Part shown: in pieces, positions 28,357 through 37,981 of the stretch
How the letters are laid out: the number at the start of each line of letters is the position of its first letter
Position numbering within the stretch: the first letter of the stretch is position 1
NCBI GenBank assembly: GCA_027623095.1
Contig: JAQBVM010000002.1
Span: 1-56,852 of the forward strand
Direction of reading: 5' to 3'
DNA: 56,852 nucleotides
Origin: Verrucomicrobiota bacterium
GTDB lineage: Bacteria > Verrucomicrobiota > Verrucomicrobiia > Limisphaerales > SIBE01
Program-made: the position numbers and the translations under genes
The notes under the pieces: model-generated
Databases searched by the model: none
Told to the model about the DNA's origin: nothing
What the model saw: the letters and a program-made list of their open reading frames with translations, nothing else

Positions 28357-29238
28357 TCACTTCTGAGCCCGCCGTTCCCGCGTGCGAAAGAATTTCACAA
28401 GATCGCGGACATAGTCCCGACCCGTGAAAACTTCGATCTGATCCACGTCCATTGATCGAAAGAGCTCCTTAAGCCGCCCTTGTTGACCCGCACCCAGCTT
28501 CTCGTACTGTTTCCGAACCGCGGCGCTGCCAGTATCGATCACAATGAGTTCCCCGGTTTCCGCGTCCTCCAGTTCCACGAGACCAACGTTTGGAAGTTTC
28601 ACTTCCCGAGGGTCCGTGATCGAGACAGCGATAAGATCGTGACGCCGGCTCAAAACGCGCAGTTGCTTATCGAAATCCGTGCCCTGAAAGTCCGAGACCA
28701 GGAAGACGACGCAACGCTTTGTTGTGACATGTCCAAGGTAATCAATAGCGTCGCTGATGTTTGTCTTGGCCTGGCGCGGCTTAAAATTCAGAAGTTCCTC
28801 GATCAAACGCAAAACGTGTGACGTTCCTTTGGCCGGAGGCACAAACATCTCGATACAGTCGGTGAATACTAGCAACCCGACCTTGTCGTTGTTCTTAATC
28901 GCGGAGAAAGCAAGCAGCGCGCACAGTTCCGCCGCGACTTCGTTTTTCATTTGGTGGGTGCTCCCAAAAGCTCCGGAAGCGGAAAGATCCACAAGAAAGA
29001 TCACCGACAGCTCGCGTTCCTCGACAAAACGCTTTACAAATGGATGCCCCATCCGGGCCGTCACATTCCAATCGATCGTCCGCACCTCATCGCCGGGCTG
29101 GTATTCCCGAACCTCCTGAAACTCCATGCCCTGCCCCTTGAAAACACTCTGATATTCACCCGCCAAGACATCGTTCACCGCCTTGCTAGTGTAAATCTGC
29201 AGGTATCGAATTTTCTTAGCAAGGTCCCGAGGAATCAT
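28357..29238 (-). CDS. DUF58 domain protein (MoxR partner)
   Basis: GQGMEFQEVREYQPGDEVRTIDWNVTAR is the DUF58 signature. The ATGA overlap with moxR is at 29235-29238. Confidence 0.9.
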   Translation of the reverse strand: MIPRDLAKKIRYLQIYTSKAVNDVLAGEYQSVFKGQGMEFQEVREYQPGDEVRTIDWNVTARMGHPFVKRFVEERELSVIFLVDLSASGAFGSTHQMKNEVAAELCALLAFSAIKNNDKVGLLVFTDCIEMFVPPAKGTSHVLRLIEELLNFKPRQAKTNISDAIDYLGHVTTKRCVVFLVSDFQGTDFDKQLRVLSRRHDLIAVSITDPREVKLPNVGLVELEDAETGELIVIDTGSAAVRKQYEKLGAGQQGRLKELFRSMDVDQIEVFTGRDYVRDLVKFFRTRERRAQK

Positions 29239-30224
29239 GGCACATCGACTGTTTTGAGAATCTGTTCGATCAGATCCTCCGATGTCTTCTCCTCCGCCTC
29301 GGCTTCATACGTCGGGATCACACGGTGCCGCATCACATCCATGGCAACCGATTTGACATCTTGAGGCGTCACATACCCACGGCCTTCGATCAAGGCATTC
29401 GCCTTCGACGCCATCGCCAAGAAAATCGTCGCCCGCGGCGATGCGCCATAACGAATCAGCGGCCCGATATCCAGTTTGTAATCCGCGGGATTCCGCGTTG
29501 CTTCGACAAGATCAACAATGTAGAGCTCGATCTTCTCATCCATGAAAATCTCATCCGCCAACTGGCGCATTCGAACAATGTCCTTGGGCGTGATTACAGG
29601 TTCGACCTCTTTGGACGGGTTGGATCGGGCCATCCGTTTCAGGATTTGATGTTCCTCAGCCTTGTTCGGATAAGTCACCTTTAGTTTCAACATGAACCGA
29701 TCAACTTGCGCTTCCGGCAGCGGGTACGTTCCCTCCTGTTCAACGGGATTCTGGGTCGCCAGTACGAGAAATGGGTCGTCTAAACGAAAACTCTCATCTC
29801 CGATGGTAACCTGGCGTTCCTGCATCGCTTCCAGCAAGGCGCTCTGAACTTTCGCTGGCGCACGATTTATTTCATCCGCGAGAACGACATGCGCAAACAC
29901 AGGTCCTTTCCTGATGCTGAAATCGCCTGATTTGGGATTATAGATCAGTGTTCCTACGACATCGGCCGGTAACAGGTCGGGAGTAAACTGAATACGTTTG
30001 AATGTCGCTTGAATCATCCGGGCAAGCGTGGTCACCGAGAGGGTCTTGGCCAATCCTGGAACCCCTTCAATCAAAACATGATTATTGCAGAGCAACGCCA
30101 TCAGAAGCCGGTCGATAAGCGCGTCCTGCCCCACTATCACTTTGTGCGCCTCAGTTCGTATCCGGTTGATTAAGACGCTCTCTTTTTCAACCCTATCCCC
30201 AATCTGTTTTACATCCACTGCCAT
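29235..30224 (-). CDS. moxR: MoxR-family AAA+ ATPase
   Basis: Walker A GVPGLAKT, Walker B VLADEINRA, and MoxR-typical length and C-terminus. Confidence 0.92.
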   Translation of the reverse strand: MAVDVKQIGDRVEKESVLINRIRTEAHKVIVGQDALIDRLLMALLCNNHVLIEGVPGLAKTLSVTTLARMIQATFKRIQFTPDLLPADVVGTLIYNPKSGDFSIRKGPVFAHVVLADEINRAPAKVQSALLEAMQERQVTIGDESFRLDDPFLVLATQNPVEQEGTYPLPEAQVDRFMLKLKVTYPNKAEEHQILKRMARSNPSKEVEPVITPKDIVRMRQLADEIFMDEKIELYIVDLVEATRNPADYKLDIGPLIRYGASPRATIFLAMASKANALIEGRGYVTPQDVKSVAMDVMRHRVIPTYEAEAEEKTSEDLIEQILKTVDVP

Positions 30225-30670
30225 GAGTTTTTATTGTGTTGTTTTCCTGGAATCCCAAGCCCGACTCGCAATTGGTGGACTGCTTCAGGAACTTTAGTAT
30301 TCATCGCAACTAAGCCGCAATACCCGAAATGTGGCATTCCCGCGACGAACCTGAGTTTCAGTTCTTGTTGGGCGGTTTGGAATCCGCTCAACATTTTTCT
30401 TGTCTATATGACAACCGAATAATTGAGGCGTTGAAAAAAATCCACACTTTTTCTGAGGAACGACTTCTCCGCATCGCGCCGCACAAATGCCGAGCAATGC
30501 TCGGCGCTCCGGTTCACCAGCCGCATTCATAGTATCCTGTTGCGAACCAGGATATTACCCTCCCAAAAAGAAGATGGACCCGCTTGCGAGAATCTTGGGA
30601 ACTGTTGGGTTACCCAATCGATGAGGCGTGCTCAGAAGCGCCCATGGACTGGATCCAAACGAGTTGTTCG

Positions 30671-31501
30671 CTACTTGTTGAGCAACTTGGCGACCTCAGC
30701 TCTCAAAGCGGGACCTCTCAAATCCTTGGCGACAATCTTTCCTTCGCCATCCAAAAGAAAAGTCGCCGGAATGGATCGAATCCCATACCGTTCAGCCAGC
30801 ATATTCTGCCAGCCTTTTCCATCGTAGAATTGCCTCCAAGTTACCTTGCGCCGCTCCATAAACGTTTTGAGGGCCTGTTCGTCGCTGTCGAGACTTATTC
30901 CTAAGATTTCAAAACCTTTCGGATGAAACTCTTCGTAGGTCGCCAGCACAATGGGCAATTCGGAGACGCACGGCCCGCACCAAGTCGCCCAGAAATCCAC
31001 TAATACAACTTTCCCCTTGTAATCGGCCACCGAAAGCGACGCTCCATCCAATCCGATCTCTTTGAAATCGGGAAATTTCGCTCCCACAACCATGCTTTGT
31101 TGAATTTTCTTGGCGGCTTCCTCCTTTTCAATTCCGGCGATCATTTGATCAACACTCTTCGCCTGCGTCGTATCTGGAAAATCTGTTTTCAACTGCTTAA
31201 TCATGGCCAGCCCGGCTTTGGTATCATTGAACACTTGGAGATATAGAGAAGCCTTCGCCAAGAGGATCTGGGCGACCTCGTCCGTCTTCTTTCCTTTGTG
31301 CTCCTCCAGCAACAGATCAAATTCCTTAATCTGTTCTGCCAACGCCTCTTCAGACGTTTTTCCCTGCTGCAAGCTCTCCCTGATCTTAGTGATTAGCTCT
31401 TGAAGTTGCGTCTCAGGATTGCCCTTCTCCGCGGCGGTAACAAATCCACAAGAAAGAAGAACTGAAAGCACCGCAGAAAAGATGAATGATTTTGTTCTCA
31501 T
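30671..31501 (-). CDS. Secreted TlpA/ResA-like thioredoxin-fold thiol:disulfide oxidoreductase
   Basis: The ATG at 31501 gives signal MRTKSFIFSAVLSVLLSCGFVTA. Active site VLVDFWATWCGPC. Confidence 0.85.
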   Translation of the reverse strand: MRTKSFIFSAVLSVLLSCGFVTAAEKGNPETQLQELITKIRESLQQGKTSEEALAEQIKEFDLLLEEHKGKKTDEVAQILLAKASLYLQVFNDTKAGLAMIKQLKTDFPDTTQAKSVDQMIAGIEKEEAAKKIQQSMVVGAKFPDFKEIGLDGASLSVADYKGKVVLVDFWATWCGPCVSELPIVLATYEEFHPKGFEILGISLDSDEQALKTFMERRKVTWRQFYDGKGWQNMLAERYGIRSIPATFLLDGEGKIVAKDLRGPALRAEVAKLLNK

Positions 31502-31758
31502 CAGATAATTAGGAGGCCATCGTTCGATTCCAAACGCAAGGATATTCGGCACCCGACTAAACCCAGACAACGAATGAATGCCCAATGCCAACAAAAGGAG
31601 AGCAAAGTGTTCCAAAGGACGGAATCTAATCGAGCGTACCAATCGTGGCGGCTACCAATCGCGTGAACGACCCCGAATCGATTCGTTCTCGAATGCAAAC
31701 CAGAAAAAGCCATATGATTCCGACTTCGTCCGCCATTCCTGGCGGTGGATCTTGTTCA

Positions 31759-33045
31759 ATGGAAGCGATTCTAGGAGAGTATTTTATACCCGCTTACCCC
31801 CCCTTCTCAGCTTGGTCACAAGGTCAAATCGCGGATCTCGAGAACTCACTCGATCAGAAATCGTCCGAAGATCCACTTGCCATCTATGTGCATGTCCCGT
31901 TCTGTGTAAGCAAATGCGATTTCTGCAATAACCTCTCTTATGTAGGAGCCCGAGAAAACGTCATGCACAGCTACGTGGACGCAGTCGAAAAGGAAGCCGC
32001 GTTGTATGGGAGACGGCGCGCGATTCGGGACCGGACGATTTCAAGTGTTTATTTTGGCGGAGGCACTCCAACAGCCCTTTCCGTTGATCAAGCCGATCGG
32101 TTAATACGGGGGATCCAATTCTGGATTCCATCGAGAAACGTCAGAGAGGTCACCTTCGAATGCGCACCCCGATCGGTACGGGCGCATTTTCTGGAATCGC
32201 TCCGTAAGAATGGCGTGACGCGCATGAGCATGGGAGTGCAAAGCTTCAACAACATTCTACTCAAACTCAACGGTCGAATTCATTACGCCGACGACATTCT
32301 GAGAGCTTTTCGAACAATCCGAGATATCGGCTTTGATTCCGTCAATTTGGATCTCATGGCTGGCTTGCTGGGTGAAACGGAAGCGGACTGGCAGGATACG
32401 GTTCGACGGACAATCGAAATCGCACCGGACAGCGTAACCATTTATCAGATGGAAATTCCGCGGAACACACAGTTGTATCGGGACTACGCCGAAGACCGGC
32501 TTCCAACGGAATTGGTTTCATGGGATGTCAAACACGCCCGGGTTGAATACGCGTTCTCCGAATTCGAGAAATCTGGGTACACCATCACAAGCGCTTACAC
32601 GGTGGTGAAAGATTCGAGATTACACCGATCCATTTACGAAGATCATGTCTGGAGCGGACGCGACCTGCTCGGATTGGGTGTCTCGTCTTTTAGCTATCTG
32701 GGAGGAGTTCATTCGCAAAATGATGTTACGCTGGAATCGTATGAGTCGGAACTGCAGCAAGAGAAACTTCCTTTGAAACGCGCCTACAAACTGAATCAGA
32801 TCGATCAGTTCGTCAGGGAATTCGTTCTGCGTTTAAAATCTGGCCGCATTTTGTTTGAAAGTATTCGGAAAACTCACATGGATCCTCTGGATCATTTCGC
32901 GGAGCCGCTCAGAGCCCTAGAGAACGAAGGTTTTCTGAAAATCTCAGATTCCAATGTTTCTCTAACTCGGGAAGGTCTGGTTCGAATCGACCGTTTGCTT
33001 CCGCGGTTCTTCGCACCCGAATTTCGAAGCCTCTGGAATAGTTGA
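31759..33045 (+). CDS. Radical SAM HemN/HemW-family protein (oxygen-independent coproporphyrinogen-III oxidase-like)
   Basis: YVHVPFCVSKCDFCN matches the CxxxCxxC radical-SAM cluster, followed by GGGTP. The start is uncertain (31645, 31714 or 31759). Confidence 0.8.
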   Translation: MEAILGEYFIPAYPPFSAWSQGQIADLENSLDQKSSEDPLAIYVHVPFCVSKCDFCNNLSYVGARENVMHSYVDAVEKEAALYGRRRAIRDRTISSVYFGGGTPTALSVDQADRLIRGIQFWIPSRNVREVTFECAPRSVRAHFLESLRKNGVTRMSMGVQSFNNILLKLNGRIHYADDILRAFRTIRDIGFDSVNLDLMAGLLGETEADWQDTVRRTIEIAPDSVTIYQMEIPRNTQLYRDYAEDRLPTELVSWDVKHARVEYAFSEFEKSGYTITSAYTVVKDSRLHRSIYEDHVWSGRDLLGLGVSSFSYLGGVHSQNDVTLESYESELQQEKLPLKRAYKLNQIDQFVREFVLRLKSGRILFESIRKTHMDPLDHFAEPLRALENEGFLKISDSNVSLTREGLVRIDRLLPRFFAPEFRSLWNS

Positions 33046-33090
33046 ACCGCCCATTCACAACCCACATTCGATCTGCTCAACAAAGATTTG

Positions 33091-34455
33091 CTACTCGAAA
33101 CGAAGTGCCTGAATCGGATCGAGCCGCGACGCCTTGTAGGCGGGGACCAGTCCCGCGAGCATCCCCACGAGAACACTGAATAGGAATGCTGTCGCCATGG
33201 CCCCTGCCGTAATCACGGGAAGATTGCCTGTCGGGCTCAGGAACATCAGAAGCTGAACAACGCCGTACGAGACCACCAAGCCAGCCAAACCTCCCAGCAT
33301 TGCGACAACTGAACTTTCGACGAGGATTTGAATAAAAACGGCGACGGTTGTGGCCCCGACCGATTTGCGAATTCCGATTTCGCGGACCCGCTCAGTGATG
33401 CTTGCCAGCATGATGTTCATTATCCCAATCCCTCCCACAATGAGACTGATTGCGGAGATCAATCCGCCGCTCAAGCGGGCGCTTCGAATCGTTTCATTAA
33501 TATTCTCGACCGAATCCTCTTGTGTCTGGAATGTGAAATCCTCGATTCCATTGTGCGTTATCATTAAAACATTGCGCGCCTGCTGCAGTGCTTTCTCCAG
33601 CAGATCCAGGTTCGCAACCTTGATGTCGAGATCGGACAACCGAGGATCGGGCACTTGACCCGAGCCTGAAGCGGAACGGAACTTCACCCACATCGTGTTC
33701 AAAGGAATATAGACAGTCCGATTCTTGCGAGAGAATGCCCAACTGCTGCGACTCCCCCGATTCCATCCGCGGCTTCGAGCAACTCCGTTCGTCTGTATTT
33801 CTTTGGGTTGATTCTTGGCGAGTTCCCGTTCCCGGCGGTCACTCTCACTTTCATAGCGCGCAAACATTCCCACGATTGTAAACGGAAGCCCGTTGATGTT
33901 GATCACTTCCCCGATCGGCACAATCTCGCGTCCAATCTCGTCAGGATCCCCAAACAAACGGTCCCGAATCCCGGTTCCAATGACACACACACTATTCGCA
34001 AGGTCTTCATCCAGATCCGTAAAAAAACGTCCATGTTCCACTGTATGCAGGTTCATCTCTAATACAGCGGGCCAGGCCCCGACAAACTCCTCCGGTCTGG
34101 TTCGTTTCCCACCTCGGGTGATCAAAACGCGGTCGAGCCCCATCTCTGGAGAGACGACGCGAATGAGGGGAGCGCTCCTGCGGAGCGCGTACACATCCCG
34201 GATCGTTTTCCCCACCGCTTGATCCGCCAAGTGCGCTTGCGCCGGAGGCACGTCCTGATCGCGTACAAGCACCTTATCCAAACCTCCCAACGCGATTAAC
34301 GCCTCCTTCATTCCGTTCTCCATGCCCTTGATAAGAGCCGACATGGCGATCAGACTGGAGACGCCCAGAATGATCCCAAGCATCGTCAGCACGGACCGAA
34401 ACTTATGAGCCCATACCTCTCTCAACCCAACGGCGATAGCATTTCCAAAATTCAT
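33091..34455 (-). CDS. MacB/FtsX-type ABC transporter permease (no adjacent ATPase)
   Basis: N-terminal TM, a large periplasmic domain, and a C-terminal FtsX 3-TM bundle with RVREIGIRKSVGAT and a PAYKASRLDPIQALR tail. Confidence 0.85.
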   Translation of the reverse strand: MNFGNAIAVGLREVWAHKFRSVLTMLGIILGVSSLIAMSALIKGMENGMKEALIALGGLDKVLVRDQDVPPAQAHLADQAVGKTIRDVYALRRSAPLIRVVSPEMGLDRVLITRGGKRTRPEEFVGAWPAVLEMNLHTVEHGRFFTDLDEDLANSVCVIGTGIRDRLFGDPDEIGREIVPIGEVININGLPFTIVGMFARYESESDRRERELAKNQPKEIQTNGVARSRGWNRGSRSSWAFSRKNRTVYIPLNTMWVKFRSASGSGQVPDPRLSDLDIKVANLDLLEKALQQARNVLMITHNGIEDFTFQTQEDSVENINETIRSARLSGGLISAISLIVGGIGIMNIMLASITERVREIGIRKSVGATTVAVFIQILVESSVVAMLGGLAGLVVSYGVVQLLMFLSPTGNLPVITAGAMATAFLFSVLVGMLAGLVPAYKASRLDPIQALRFE

Positions 34456-34547
34456 TCCGCTTTGTTTGAGGAAGCCGACCGGGAGAAAGATTCGAATTCG
34501 ATTGGCAGAACCCTATTCCCTGAAATTCCTAGTTTCCTCGACAGGTC

Positions 34548-35270
34548 TCAGCCCAATGCGGCATACACACGATGCACATCATCGTGGTCGTCAAGAGCGT
34601 TGAGAAAATTGCCAACCTCTTTTCGAGCCGCCTCATTAATTTCGGGAAAACTCTTCGCAAGGTATCGCATTTCAGACGCGACCACGTTCCAACCCGTGCT
34701 CTTGAGCGCCTTCGAAACCAGATCCAGTTCCTTGATCTCTGTAACAAAGCGCGCTCCAATTGATCCTTCCGGAACCTCGTCAGGCTCCAGCGGTTCCACC
34801 TCTTGGGCTCCCGCCTCAATCGCATCGGTCTCGCGGTCCCGACTCGAGTCGCTATGTGTCGCCTCGACAACACCCACGTGATTGAAAAAGAACGAAACGC
34901 TTCCTGGCGCGCCGAGCGAACCCGCCTTGAACAGATTGCGAATCTCCGGAGCGGTCCGGTTCCGATTGTCGGTCAGACACTCAACCACGACAGGAATCTT
35001 ATGGGGGCCAAACCCTTCGTAAGTCACGAGCTCGAACACGATCTTTTCATCCGTCAACCCCGCTCCCTTCTTCACCGCCCGCTCAATCGTCTCCCGTGTC
35101 ACCGAGCTCTTACGAGCCTTTTCCAGGGCTGCAAACAGGCGGGCATTTGAGTCGGGATCCGGGCCCCCCATTCGTGCGGCGACCATAATCTCGCGAACCA
35201 ATTTGACGACCATTTGCCCGCGCTTCTGCGCGTTCGCTTCGCGTCCGGCTTGTTTCCATTGGGCACCCAT
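34548..35270 (-). CDS. yebC: YebC/PmpR family DNA-binding transcriptional regulator
   Basis: MGAQWKQAGREANAQKRG...VAARMGGPDPDSNARL is the canonical family N-terminus. ATG at 35270. Confidence 0.9.
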   Translation of the reverse strand: MGAQWKQAGREANAQKRGQMVVKLVREIMVAARMGGPDPDSNARLFAALEKARKSSVTRETIERAVKKGAGLTDEKIVFELVTYEGFGPHKIPVVVECLTDNRNRTAPEIRNLFKAGSLGAPGSVSFFFNHVGVVEATHSDSSRDRETDAIEAGAQEVEPLEPDEVPEGSIGARFVTEIKELDLVSKALKSTGWNVVASEMRYLAKSFPEINEAARKEVGNFLNALDDHDDVHRVYAALG

Positions 35271-35362
35271 ATTTGGCGCGTATCTTGGAAGGACCACCGG
35301 TTCGGATCAATGCAAATCCGACACTCACGATGTATCGCTGAAGAGTGAACCGCCTGGAGTGG

Positions 35363-36343
35363 CTAATACCACTTCCTCATGCGCACCTCAGTCCCCGCCT
35401 CTCCTCCGACCAAATCCTTGAACGACTCCAAGTTTGCAAAGGTGGAGTCCTGGTTCCGATAATGATACGGATAAACGATCCTTGGCCGAAATTCCCGGAC
35501 CGCGCTGGCGGCATCCGTGATATTCATCGTAAACGGGATATTCATGCACAGAAACGCGACATCGATATCCTTCAGGGCGCGCATTTCAGCAACGTCTTCA
35601 GTGTCGCCGCTCATATAGATTCGTTTCCCTCCAATATTCAGCACATATCCATTCCCGCTTCCCTTCGAATGACGGCTATTATACGCGGGAACCGCCTCAA
35701 CCTTTATTCCGATCACGTCAATACTCTCTCCATTCGCGAGGGTAGTCGAGCTGCTCTTAAGACTCGCCGGCATGCTGTTAACTACGGACTGCGGCGCGAT
35801 GAGGACAGCATCCGCGCTCTTGATCGAACTTAACGTGGAAGCATCGTAATGATCGCCGTGGCTGTGGCTTACGAGAATCAGATCGGCGGGCGGGATTCCC
35901 CGATACAGCCCCGATCCACCCACGGGATCGTTGTAGATCCATTTCCCGTTCCATCTCATCACAAAACTGGCGTGATTGATCGGATGGAATACAATATCCC
36001 CGGAGTCCGTCGCCAAATGGTCTCCAGTGAACACGTCGGAACCATCCAAAGGTATTAAGCGATAAAACCGAGAATGGAAGAGTGTCGCGGACGCATCGGT
36101 ATGCTGATCCGCACCCACACTGGCCTGGGTGATCCAAGCAGTCCATTCGGACAGGTCGGTCGAAGTCTCGATCCGATAATTCGCGCCGCGCGTTCCACTG
36201 AGTTTCAACCGGATTTCATTGTTCGAAACGGCCTCGATTCCCGTAAACTGCGGTGCCTCTTGGGCCGCCGCGGCTCGGATGAAGCCCAATACACAAACAC
36301 ACGCGAGAGCGCAATTCGGGGGACTGAAAAATGGAATCGTCAT
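35363..36343 (-). CDS. Secreted MBL-fold metallo-hydrolase with an N-terminal extra domain
   Basis: Signal peptide. LVSHSHGDHYD matches the HxHxDH metal motif. Confidence 0.8.
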   Translation of the reverse strand: MTIPFFSPPNCALACVCVLGFIRAAAAQEAPQFTGIEAVSNNEIRLKLSGTRGANYRIETSTDLSEWTAWITQASVGADQHTDASATLFHSRFYRLIPLDGSDVFTGDHLATDSGDIVFHPINHASFVMRWNGKWIYNDPVGGSGLYRGIPPADLILVSHSHGDHYDASTLSSIKSADAVLIAPQSVVNSMPASLKSSSTTLANGESIDVIGIKVEAVPAYNSRHSKGSGNGYVLNIGGKRIYMSGDTEDVAEMRALKDIDVAFLCMNIPFTMNITDAASAVREFRPRIVYPYHYRNQDSTFANLESFKDLVGGEAGTEVRMRKWY

Positions 36344-36699
36344 GATGTCGTCAGCTAAATCTATTCAATAAAAGGAGATGAACATTCGGTTTGTCCGGTT
36401 CCGCAGTTTTTCCACTGCGCGCGATCACAAGAATTTCGACAACCGGAAACGTATGGGATAAGACGGCCAAGCCGACGGTCGGGTTACGGATTCATCAGCA
36501 AGTCTTTGCCTGCGCCTTCAGCGGTCCTTGACGATGTATCGGAGTTCATACACGAAAGAACGCCTGGCAAATCAGTGTTTTCATTCAAAGCATTGTTTCC
36601 GAAGGGATTGGGGATTTCTGGGAGAATTCCATTGAAAGCCATTCGGGATTCATTAGCATCGCACTCCCTTCCGCCAATGGCGGGAATCAACGAACATTC

Positions 36700-37758
36700 A
36701 TGAAAAGTTACGAAATTGCTGTTATTGGTGGCGACGGAACCGGACCCGAAGTGGTTCTGGAATCGATCAAAGTGCTTGATGCGGCCTCGAAGAAATTCGG
36801 CATCAGACTTAATTACACTCATTACGACCTGGGCGGGGATCGATATCTGCGCACGAAAGAGGCGCTGCCCGACAGTGTCGTCGAGGAGCTGCGCAAATTT
36901 CCGGCCATCCTCCTCGGTGCCATCGGTCATCCTGACGTGAAGCCCGGAATCCTCGAGAAGGGAATTCTTCTCCGGCTGCGTTTCGAATTGGAACAGTATA
37001 TCAATCTCCGGCCAGTAAAGCTGTATGATGAACGGTTTTGCCCCCTTAAAGACAAGAAACCCGAGGACGTCGATTTTGTCGTTGTTCGCGAGAACAACGA
37101 AGGACTTTACACCGGATCGGGGGGGTTCGTTTTCAAAGGCACTCCGCACGAAATCGCAGTTCAGGAGAGTATTAATACGCGAAGGGGCGTCGAGCGCTGC
37201 TTGCGGTTCGCCTTCGAACTAACCCAAAAAAGGAACAAAGAAAACAAGCTGACGCTCAGCGGCAAGACAAACGTCCTGACCTTCGCATTCGACCTTTGGG
37301 AACGCGCGTTTCACGAAATTGGGAAGAAAGATTTCCCGGGGATTAAGCGAGACTATGCGCATGTGGATGCAACGACGATGTGGTTCGTGAAGAATCCGGA
37401 ATGGTTCGACGTCATCGTTACCGATAACATGTTTGGCGACATCATCACAGACTTGGGAGCAATGGTTCAAGGCGGAATGGGAATCGCCGCGGGCGGCAAC
37501 ATCAATCCCGATGGAGCCAGCATGTTTGAACCGATCGGCGGGAGTGCGCCGAAATACACAGGACAAGGAGTTATCAATCCTCTGGCGGCGATCTGTGCCG
37601 GACAGATGATGCTCGATTTCCTCGGCGAAACCGAAGCCGCGAAGGCGATCGAAAACTCCGTCATCAAAGTAACACGCGAGAAAATCAAGAGCCTTGCGGC
37701 CGGAAAACTGGGATATTCCACATCGGAAGTGGGAGATCTGGTCGCTTCCGGGCTTTAG
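36700..37758 (+). CDS. leuB: 3-isopropylmalate dehydrogenase (short actinobacterial-type LeuB of the isocitrate/isopropylmalate dehydrogenase family)
   Basis: [54 protein letters not shown] and [10 protein letters not shown] are family signatures. Substrate assignment is by resemblance to Mycobacterium LeuB, from memory. Confidence 0.75.
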   Translation: MKSYEIAVIGGDGTGPEVVLESIKVLDAASKKFGIRLNYTHYDLGGDRYLRTKEALPDSVVEELRKFPAILLGAIGHPDVKPGILEKGILLRLRFELEQYINLRPVKLYDERFCPLKDKKPEDVDFVVVRENNEGLYTGSGGFVFKGTPHEIAVQESINTRRGVERCLRFAFELTQKRNKENKLTLSGKTNVLTFAFDLWERAFHEIGKKDFPGIKRDYAHVDATTMWFVKNPEWFDVIVTDNMFGDIITDLGAMVQGGMGIAAGGNINPDGASMFEPIGGSAPKYTGQGVINPLAAICAGQMMLDFLGETEAAKAIENSVIKVTREKIKSLAAGKLGYSTSEVGDLVASGL

Positions 37759-37780
37759 TCGAGAACTCGTTTTAGATATC

Positions 37781-37815
37781 AGCCGCCGCGTTGCAGCGGC
37801 GGCTTCTTCGTCTTT
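37781..37815 (+). terminator. Rho-independent terminator after leuB
   Basis: AGCCGCCGC-gttgca-GCGGCGGCT (9-bp stem) followed by TCTTCGTCTTT. Confidence 0.75.
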
Positions 37816-37981
37816 GGAATCATCCGCCCACTCGGAATCCGGAATCCACTTTCCAGGTGAACCGTGTTTATCGTCGTATTTCCGTGTCTTTCAGGTGTTC
37901 CGTGGTTTATTTTCCTTCAACTGCCAGTTTTACGCTCACTAACGAACAAATCATCCAGCAAATGTGAATGACAGAGGAACA

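Noticed and set aside
36344-36699. Leucine leader, T-box or riboswitch upstream of leuB
   Set aside because: There is only a possible long-range helix (GTTTGTCCGGTT with AACCGGAAAC). I found no Leu-rich leader peptide and no recognisable conserved motif.
37816-37981. Mg2+ riboswitch (M-box) in the mgtE leader
   Set aside because: I could not recognise the conserved M-box core sequences or a convincing multi-helix fold by eye. A covariance-model scan would be needed.
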